From Eledone cirrhosa (lineage: Eukaryota): a stretch of DNA of 64,000 bases. The translations under genes were made by a program, and so were the position numbers. A model generated the notes under the pieces. The model saw only the letters and a program-made list of their open reading frames with translations, had not been told where the DNA came from and did not search any database. Numbering within the stretch: position 1 is the stretch's first letter; each line of letters starts with the position of its first letter. The stretch is from contig OZ024764.1 of assembly GCA_964016885.1 (NCBI GenBank), positions 22,258,001 through 22,322,000 on the forward strand, written 5' to 3'. Shown one piece after another: positions 55,020 through 64,000 of this stretch.

Positions 55020-55520
55020 GAAGGGAGGTAGGCATAAAAGCCAAACTTGCTGTCTTCAATTAGGTTTTTGTGCCAACCCTTACCTATGGTCACATATCTT
55101 GGGTAATGACCAAAACAATATGATTGGGAATACAAATGGCAGATATGGGATTCCTCTGAAGGGTCTTTGAAGGAACTTTTCTCAATAAAGTGCATAGCTC
55201 TGAGATCAGAGAGTCACTCCAGGTGGAGCTATTACTTCTCCGAATTGAGAGATCACAGCTGCAATACTATGGCCATGTGGTTAGAATGTCTGAGGAAAGA
55301 ATCACTGGATAGATTTTACAGGCTAAACTAACCGGCAGGAGACCCAGGGGTAGACCTGAGCAAGATGGTCACATAACATCCATGAGCTTGGCTGGTCTCT
55401 CTGGGTGATCCAGCCAGATCAGTTGGAGTGGGTTGCTTCTGACAGGACCTGTTGGAGGGAGTGTTTGAGGACTCTGCCCCCAAGACCCTCTCTGGAATGA
55501 CTGGATTAATAAGAAGAGGT
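55020..55520 (+). mobile_element. Old RTE-clade (Expander/Rex3-like) 3' fragment
   Basis: KAKLAVFN*VFVPTLTYGH, LLLRIERSQL, YGHVVRM, GRRPRGRP. Confidence 0.7.
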
Positions 55521-55808
55521 TGAGGTTACATAATCAACATCAGATTTCCCTGCTAGCAAGGGTTTAATGAGTCTACTTCAACCAAGTAAGTACTGAAGTG
55601 AGGCTACTGATCTCCCAGACAGACCAAGGATCTGGGACTTATTTACATAAGGTCTCATTTGCTACTGAGTGCACAGAAAAGGTTGTCATGTCTTTGTCAT
55701 GATTGAAGGGTTCTCCGACACTATTGTCGGGCAAGCTTTCTATGGCTAGATGTCCTTCACATGACCAACCACATTACAGCCGGTGTTGGGTGTGTTTATC
55801 ATGTAGGT

Positions 55809-57835
55809 GAGACATAACAAACTGAGGGTTCCCTAAGGGCCACATAGGTCACATGTGTTGTCTGAGGGTTGCACACTACAACTAATTATGTACACGACAA
55901 CTAATTAAAGTCATTTAATAAAATATATTGCAGAAAGATTTGTTACTTAAATTTAGAATCATACAATGTCCATACAAATGTTTTAGCAGCATTCATGAAT
56001 ACAAAGTAATGAAGTAGTTTGATAAAAAAACTAAAATTTAACATGTCAACATATACTTGCAGATTGTAACAGCAACAAATACATTGTACACAAATAACAA
56101 CAGTTGAAAACTGAACATTTATTTGCTACTATTCAACCATTTTTAGTGTTTTGTGCTGAGGCTTGACACTTTTGGTATGTCTGGCTGAAATGTCTACAGT
56201 TCCAACTTTAATCAGAGATGACAAGTGTTGATCTGTCAGCCTTGTTCTCTGAGAAGTTTTTGTTAAGCAAAGTACAGACTCAGTATGGGCAGTGATTTTC
56301 AGCTCTTTGCACATAAGAAAATGAATTAAATTTTCATCTGACAACGGAGACTTCCATAAGCTAAGTTTTCTAATGAAGAACTTGATGTCATCATACAACT
56401 GAGTGATGGGTTTGTTTTTACCTTGTAATTTCAAATGAAGATCAGTTAATTGTGCAGTAATATCCACAAATAAAGCCAGATGTTGGAGCCAACTTTCATC
56501 TTTTATTTCACCTGTGTTTTGACCTTTCATCTCCAAAAACATAATTATTTCAACAAATAGAATTTTTTCAGCACTTTGTGACATGTCAACCAGCAGACTT
56601 CTGTGTAGAATGGAACATCGGTGAACTGATTATCCATATCTTCCAACAACTGGCTGAACTGACGGTGGTTGAGAGCACGGCCTCTGATTTAGTTCACTGT
56701 CTTTGTGACCAAGCTAAGCACATGATGCAATTTTAAAATCTTTGAACATAAATTTTACTGATGAATAATACAGTGAAAATGTGCAAATGGTGAATCTAGA
56801 TATGAGTTTTCTATTTTTGTTTGTAACTTGGCAGCAACACCATTATGTCTACCAACCATATTTGCAGCACTGTCAGTAGATAAACATGCAAATTTACTCA
56901 GATCAAAACCATGCAGACCCTGCTTGACCTTCTCAAAGATGTCCTGGCTTGTTATAGTGTCATGCATGGGGACCAGTTCAATCAGTTCTTCATAAATATT
57001 AAATTCACTGTCACAGGCCCTGATGAAGAATGCAAGCTGTACTATTCCAGTGATGTCAACAGTCTCTTCAATATCAATAGAAACATGTTCAAACCTTGAT
57101 GATACAGCCTTTAAATGTTGTTTCAGATCACCTGACATTTCATTAATCTGTTGAGCAACAGTATTCCTGGTTAATGAAATGTCTTTGAATAACTCTGCTT
57201 TCTCTGGACAATTTCAGCTGTTTTTACAAGAAATTGCTTTACAAAATCTCCTTCACTGTAAGATTTCCCACTCATGGCAATTATTCAACTGAGTTCATAG
57301 CTTGCAGTAACGGAGTGACATTCTCTTCCTGAATTAACATAAAAGAGGTCTGTTGCTGTGTCAAGTTAGACTTCAATTCCTTGAGTCTTGAAACACACAT
57401 TGGGGCTTCATATTTATCGTAAGATCGAGGGTTTGTTTCATAATGTCTTTTTGAATTGTACTCTTTTGGCCTGGCGATGTAGTTGTTGCAAATTAAACAG
57501 TGTATCTTTCTGTTCACCATTGGGCAAAAATACTGTAATTCCCACTTTTCTTGAAACACTTGCCCTTCTTCGTTCAATTTCCTTTTTCTCTTAGCTGGAG
57601 GAGCACTAACCATTTCAAAAACGAAATCTTTTGAAATTTTGAAAGAAAATTTTCTGTTAATGAGCTGCACGTGATTAATGGAAGTTAAAAGTAGTTGACA
57701 AAATTTGCAAAAAAAAATAATTGTATCGAAAATGTTTTAAATTTTATATTACGAAAATGAAACATGCTCGCACTGTAAAAACCTTTGTGTGGGCCGCAGG
57801 TTTGCTTGCCAAGGGCCGCATGTTTGACATGTCTG
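55809..57835 (-). mobile_element. Degenerate hAT transposon (Charlie/SPIN, GTF2IRD2-like transposase), U4-specific
   Basis: 8-bp TSD ATGTAGGT/ATGTAAGT; TIRs GAGACATAACAAAC / GTTTGACATGTCTG; FQEKWE, CLIC..KRHY, QLAFFIR, STDSAANM, HCIIHQ. Confidence 0.92.
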
Positions 57836-57949
57836 ATGTAAGTTACCAACACTAGGGAGGGCAGCATGTCCTTCAGTGTGTTCTGCTACATTAACTACCA
57901 GGAGGTCGCCACATGACACAAAGACTACATTTCAAAGAAGGGTCATAAA

Positions 57950-58310
57950 AGAACTAAATACGAAAGTACCCACAGCAACAAGCAAATAATTGAGCTTTGG
58001 GTCAAGGGGCAGAAGTGCTGCGCCCTGTGGATAAGACTGCAAAAGTATTCGCCCCGGGCGATGGACAATGACACCCACTGCAACAGCCACCCCAACCTCA
58101 TGGGACTCCCTCTTCAGAAGAGCCACCAACGTTCTGATCTTACAGAGGAGCTTGGCAGTACGGGGTCCAAGTACTTCTGAGGTCTCGATGGTGACCAGTG
58201 TGAAGAGACCTACAATTGATGTCATCCCAGTTATGTTGGACTGTAATATACTGGGGTATAGAGAGGCCTTAACCTGTCTCAGCCGGGCCACCCAGGGCTG
58301 TGTCATCTAG
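57950..58310 (-). mobile_element. Divergent CRE-like C-terminal relic
   Basis: FTLVTIETSEVLGPRTAKLL...KRESHE resembles the RLE C-terminus. Confidence 0.55.
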
Positions 58311-58637
58311 GTACCAGACAGGGGTGACTAGACCATGTTGTCAACTGTCAGCACCAATAGGAGTGACGCGAGTGGGTCCCCTTGCTAGACACCATATATA
58401 AAACGTATTTGCTAATTACTTTAATGAATAATTTGTTTCATACGTAATTATTACTTTTAACACAATAGGATTTTGTACACGTGTTTGTTTGAAAACATCT
58501 TTCAAAGAAGTATGAGACAGTCTTTTGTCGTGTTTATTATAATAAATTACTGTATGTTGAGCTGTTTTAACTTCTCCACCTTCTATTATTTTATAATGTT
58601 TTTGTAAAAAAACGATATCTTTTTCATATATATATAT

Positions 58638-58852
58638 GAAGTCATGTGGCTGAGTGGTTAGAGAATTGGATTCGGAATTGTGAGGTTGTGAGTTCGATTC
58701 TCAGACTAGGCGATGCGTTATATCCTTGAGCAAGACATTTTATTTCACGTTACTCCTTCCACCTGGAGTTGCAACCGATAGATAGTATTAGCAATTGGAA
58801 AGACCAATGGAATCATTGTTTCGTTGGTCCGATTTGACGAAAAGTCGCTCAT
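58638..58852 (+). mobile_element. tRNA-derived SINE
   Basis: A box TGGCTGAGTGG, B box GTTCGATTC, CCTTGAGCAAGACA core; inserted in (TA)n. Confidence 0.85.
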
Positions 58853-59901
58853 AAAAAATATATATATAGAGAGAGAGAGAAACACACAAACATACACTAC
58901 TGTATTACATATGTAAGGGGCGACAACTCTCGTTACACCCACCCTTCTTTTTGATATACATTCATTAAATACTTTGTTCAATGGAACCTGCTTTATTTTG
59001 TGCCCTAAGTAGATTTCTGTTTAAGTATTTACGAGATTCACAATGATTCACGTAACCAAGTTACTTACATAGAGATATATTTCACATAGAATCACAACAA
59101 ATGAAAATATTAAGTCAACACGCTGTCAATCAGTCTCACATCACATGGGGTGCCGGAGTCTCCCTCTAATACTTTCTGAGACAGTCTTACCTCGAGTGAT
59201 AGCAAGGCTAAGATGTTGGAACTACCAAACACCCTCATATGTATGACCTGACACCTCGGTAAGGAGAGCTGCCAACGATAACAAGAACCTCGTTGTCAGG
59301 GACCTATCTCCTCCAAACTTCTCCAACACCACAGACTAGAATATTCTACTCTTTATTCCCTATCAAATATATTTCAGTCTAGTCATTTATCTTGTATCTT
59401 GTATTTGTATTTTCAAAACTAACTGTCACATTTGTGAGACCCCAGTTAGTGATGTTTTCGTCTCCCTCCCACATCCTACATGCTGTAGTAAAAGTGAGGG
59501 TCACTGCTTCTGTAGACGAACGAAATAAAAGTTAAACTACCAGTAATTATCGGCAAAGTATTTATTCCAGTCTGTGATGTTTGAGAAGCTGGGCTGCTGA
59601 CAACGAAGTTACTGTCACTGTTGGCAGCTGGCTTTACCGAAGTACCCGATGACTCTTGTGAGGGTACTTAGCTGTTCTGACAACTTAGCCCCCATATGAC
59701 CCGATCTTACCGAGATACCCGGCGATCTCTGTCAGGGTACTTAGCTGTTCTAGCAACTTAGCCCCCATATGACCCGATCTTACCGAAGTACCCGGTGATC
59801 TCTGTAAGAGTACTTAGCTGTTCTATTTTAATTACATTTACTGATTTCAACTTTCATTTTTATATTACAAACTTTACATAATTTAATTCCGTAAAAATAT
59901 T

Positions 59902-60035
59902 TTACGTCACAAAAAAAACATTGAAGCATGCGTAGTGGTGCAGTTGTCGACTTCCTGTCCACGTGTTAGTCTTCCTACAACATCATTTAGACAACATTTC
60001 TGTAAATACTAAACACCTGAGACTATAATGTAAGT
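59902..60035 (+). promoter_or_regulatory. Candidate promoter/exon 1 of next ZNF gene
   Basis: Same motif cluster (NRF1-like site reads GCATGCGTA); donor GTAAGT at 60030. Confidence 0.65.
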
Positions 60036-61969
60036 ATTATGTCTATTAATATTGTAGATTTAAGCTCACTTTTCACATCACAAATATATATTTTCTTGTT
60101 TGTTTCATTACTGGAAATATAAAATGTTATCGTAATTATCTATATTTTACCTACCTCTAATTAATTAAAGTGAAAACTTTTGTTGTTGCTGAAAAATAAA
60201 TTAACAAAACTAAATATTTAAATATTCTAAAGGTCGTTTTTATATTATGTGATGATATAATTAATATATTTTATTACAATTGTATAAATTTACAGTAGAA
60301 TAACGTTGTAAATATGTTTTAAATATATACATAAATAACATAAGTGTGTAAATAACATTATAAATTGCTGGCAATTCCTTGAGAAAGACATTACAAATAT
60401 ATTGTCTAAACTCTGTATAATAATATAATTTATTGAACAGTAATGATAAAGGAAAGAAAAACACAGTGGGAGATGGCAATTGACCACCAAGTGTGATAAT
60501 AGGCCACATCTCACACCTTAGGGGTTAACTACACACTTTGAGGCAAGCCAACACACTGGCAGCATTACTAAGGTGTTGAAATAACCAGGTACCCCCACGG
60601 GTATCACCTGACACCTCGGTAAGGTGAGGCTAAGGGGCTGAAATAACCAGGTACCCTCACGGGTATCACCTGACACCTTGGTAAGGTGAGTCTAAGGGGT
60701 TGAAATAACCAGGTACCCTCACGGAAACGACTAGATTTGTAGAAAAAGTAGGGTGAAAGTATACGAAGAGATATAGTTTCACAGATCTACTCGCACCTCA
60801 CGTTTGGTGGGAAATAATTATTTTTCTTAGATTTTTTTTCTAGACCCCTTTTCAATATTTTCTCTGAACCCCTTAGATACTTGCAATAGACGTTTTATTC
60901 CCCAGTATTAGGGTTAGGGTTTCCGTTTTCAGGAAGAAAAGTCGATTGCAAACATCTAAGCGGTCGAGAAAAATAATAAGGAAAGATAATTATTTCCCAG
61001 CCAACTGGAGAAGTGTGTAGCTCTTCTAAACTCTGATAATCCTGTCTCCCACTTCTTTATCTACAAATCTAGTCGTTTCCTGCTACTTTGAAGGCCCTAT
61101 TTATTGATAACACCACTTGTAAATCTTTGTCAACTTTTCATACGTAAATTGTGAATCAGTTATTTTTAAACAAACTATCAAAGAAGTGATCTCACAGTAA
61201 CTGTGTTTGATTTAATCAACTTATTCCCCCCAAACATTGTCGACCTTGTGTCTAAATCAGAAACTATTATAAGATCTTAAATCAACCCCGTAAAGATGAA
61301 GGGCAAAGCTAACCTCGGCGGGATTTCAACCCTTTATGTTATGAGTTCAAATCCCACCAAAGTTAACTTTGTCTTTCATTCTAACGGAGTGGATAAATTA
61401 AAGTTCCAGTAATCTACTGGGGTCTAAGATATTAAGGTTTGAGTAGATTCTATCTTTTTGTGTGTTTGTATTTATAATCTTACTAGAAACCCTGTGACCT
61501 GTTGGGTCACGTTCCCTTTAAAAATAATATTTAAATAATTAAAATATACACAGACATGTATATAATGTAAAATGAAATTAGTAGGTAGGCCCATGTATAT
61601 ATATATATATGTGTGTGTGTATATATATATGTCACAGACACACACACACGAGTCGCTTGTTATAATTTTAAAATTTCGTTCAACAGCACCAACAGCTCTC
61701 TCTCTCTCACACACCAATTATCTTTCTCTCTCTATTTATGAAGGTACCAGAAAAACCCCATATCTCGGGAACCTGTGCATTGATTTACGTGAAACTTATT
61801 TTATCCCATCTGTATTACCATTTCAGGGTCAACTTCCTTTCAAACTATTTTCCCGTTATGCCCCGTTTTGGCTGTATTACATTACAGACAAGACACAATC
61901 ACAGAGTTTTAGGTTTATAATGTTATAGTATCATGATAGGGTAATACAGTTATTTATAGACCTGTGGTA

Positions 61970-62740
61970 AATGTTGGTTCAGTCCACCCTGGGGGGTGTA
62001 AGTGTTGGTTCAGTCCACCCTGGAGGGTGTAAGTGTTGGTTCAGTCCACCCTGGGGGTGTTAGTGTTGGTTCAGTCCATTCTGGGGGCGTTAGTGTTGGT
62101 TCAGTCCACTCTGGGGGTGTTAGTGTTCGTTCAGTCCACCCTGGGGGGGTGTTAGTGTTCGTTCAGTCCACCCTGGGGGGTGTTAGTGTTCGTTCAGTCC
62201 ACTCTGGGGGTTTTAGTGTTGGTTCAGTCCACCCTGGGGGTGTGAGTGTTGGTTCAGTCCACCCTGGGGGGGTGTTAGTGTTCGTCCAGTACACCCTGGG
62301 GGTTTTAGTGTTGGTTCAGTCCACCCTGGGGGTGTGAGTGTTGGTTCAGTCCACCCTGGGGTGTTAGTGTTGGTTCAGTCCACTCTGGGGGATGTTAGTG
62401 TTAGTTCAGTCCACCCTGGGGTGTTAGTGTTGGTTCAGTCCACCCTGGGGGGTGTTAGTGTTAGTTCAGTCCACCCTGGGGGGTGTTAGTGTTCGTCCAG
62501 TACACCCTGGGGGTTTTAGTGTTGGTTCAGTCCACCCTGGGGGTGTGAGTGTTGGTTCAGTCCACCCTGGGGTGTTAGTGTTGGTTCAGTCCACTCTGGG
62601 GGATGTTAGTGTTGGTTCAGTCCACCCTGGGGTGTTAGTGTTGGTTCAGTCCACTCTGGGGGGTGTAAGTGTTGGTTCATTCCACCCTGGGGGGTGTAAG
62701 TGTTGGTTCAGTCTACCCTGAGGGGTGTTAGTGTTGGTCA
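61970..62740 (+). repeat. 29-33-bp G-run minisatellite, ~25 copies (~5 at 30885-31045 and 47268-47435)
   Basis: Unit GTGTTGGTTCAGTCCACCCTG(G)nTGTTA. Confidence 0.95.
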
Positions 62741-62769
62741 ATGATAACCTTTATAACTAGAGGCCTGTT

Positions 62770-63140
62770 GGTGAGGACAAGCTGGATGTGGTGACATCTT
62801 TCTGCTACCTGTGTGACATGTCAGCTGGAAGTGGAGCCAAGTTCACTGCCATCGTGCTGTGCCACTCCACAGGTAACAAGTTTAGGCAGCTTCTCCTAAT
62901 CCTCAAGACATGCTGGCTACCATTAGACACCATGGGGCAGGTTTATAACACCTGTGGGAGAAGTGTGTTGTTTCCTGCCAGCGAGACCTGGGCCATGTTA
63001 TCTGACTGTCTGAATTGACTCTGAAGAAATGACAGAGCTATGATCCACTGGATGTGTAGTGTGACCATTGAGGATGATGTCAGCTCAACTGAGCTCCTAA
63101 AATAACTGCTGATCGACAACCTCAAGGATGTGTTTCACAG
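62770..63140 (+). mobile_element. Old RTE RT C-terminal relic
   Basis: KLDVVTSFCYL, YNTCGRSVL..ASETW, RNDRAMIHWMC. Confidence 0.7.
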
Positions 63141-64000
63141 GAGACACATGCACTGGTATGGCCATGTTGTGCATTCTCTCTCAACTCATCTATGCTTGGT
63201 CGTTGATGCACATTGACATTGCATATCCAACGGAGCATACTTGCTTCATTTCTCTCCAGTCGTTGCATATCCTCCGCAGTTGCTGTCCATGTCTCACTAG
63301 CGTGCAGCATCACCCATCTCACGCAGGCATCACCAGCCATTCGTTCTTAGGGAGAAACCCTTCTTTGTCAACATAGGAAGCAGCTCCCTAAACGTCTTCC
63401 AACCCGTCCTTATTCTAGATACTATGGCCTCTGAGCACCCTCCTCCCATGGTAATTTGATCACCTAGATACCGGAAGCTATCAACCACTTCTATAGAACC
63501 TACCTGCATTTGAAAAATGTGTCTATCACTGCGACTTCTACTGTCAAATTTCCCTGTACATCTACTGCATATGTAGTTTTCCCTACCTGTTAGTTTACCT
63601 GCTATCCCACTACATTTCTTGTGTACCCAAAATCTGCATTGTGTACATTATAGAATTTATGCCAGTTCCTTTTCTACATATCGAACAAGGCCATTTCCCT
63701 GATGGAATGACAGTTTTGTCCTCTTTTCTACTCATCAACACTTTAGTCTTAGCTAGGTTCACTCTCAGTCCTCTTAATTCCAACTGCTGTTGTAATGGCC
63801 AGAATTTATTCTCTAGCTCCTCTACTGATTCTGCTATAAGAACCAGATCGTCAGCCTAGAGAAGTACCCATGGGCAGCCAGTCTTAAACTCCTCTGTTAT
63901 GGCTTGGAGGACTATAATGAACAAGAACGGGCTGAGGACCGAACCCTGATGTACTCCTACTTGTATCTGGAATTCCTCAATAAACTCCATGCCTACCCTC

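Larger units (their letters stand above)
52008..64000 (+). repeat. Partial unit U4 (its ZNF ORF expected beyond window)
   Basis: Colinear; contains promoter block and start of the intronic RTE. Confidence 0.9.

Noticed and set aside
58638-58712. tRNA gene
   Set aside because: A/B boxes but no convincing cloverleaf; continues into SINE core
61970-62740. CRISPR-like array of ~30-bp repeats
   Set aside because: No unique spacers, no cas genes, eukaryotic context

Overview
Eukaryotic, AT-rich, repeat-dense DNA; the [16 protein letters not shown] zinc-finger style, RTE LINEs with (GAT)n tails and tRNA-derived SINEs point to an octopus/coleoid cephalopod C2H2-ZNF cluster (inference). The window is a head-to-tail array of ~16-18.6 kb segmental duplications (same motif restarts at 1, 18602, 36121, 52008; units U1-U4). 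Each complete unit ends in one effector-less poly-C2H2 gene: ZNF-A (9 fingers), ZNF-B (21 repeats, 19 intact) and ZNF-C (12 fingers, one internal TGA, candidate promoter deleted); a further gene ends just before base 1 and another probably lies beyond 64000. Each unit also carries a candidate promoter/non-coding exon 1, a poly(A) site, a relic second ZNF exon, and shared or unit-specific TEs (RTE, CRE-like, Tigger, hAT, Gypsy and solo LTRs, Helitron-like, piggyBac MITE, SINEs) plus TE-derived minisatellites. All alignments and counts were done by eye; boundaries of degraded repeats are approximate.
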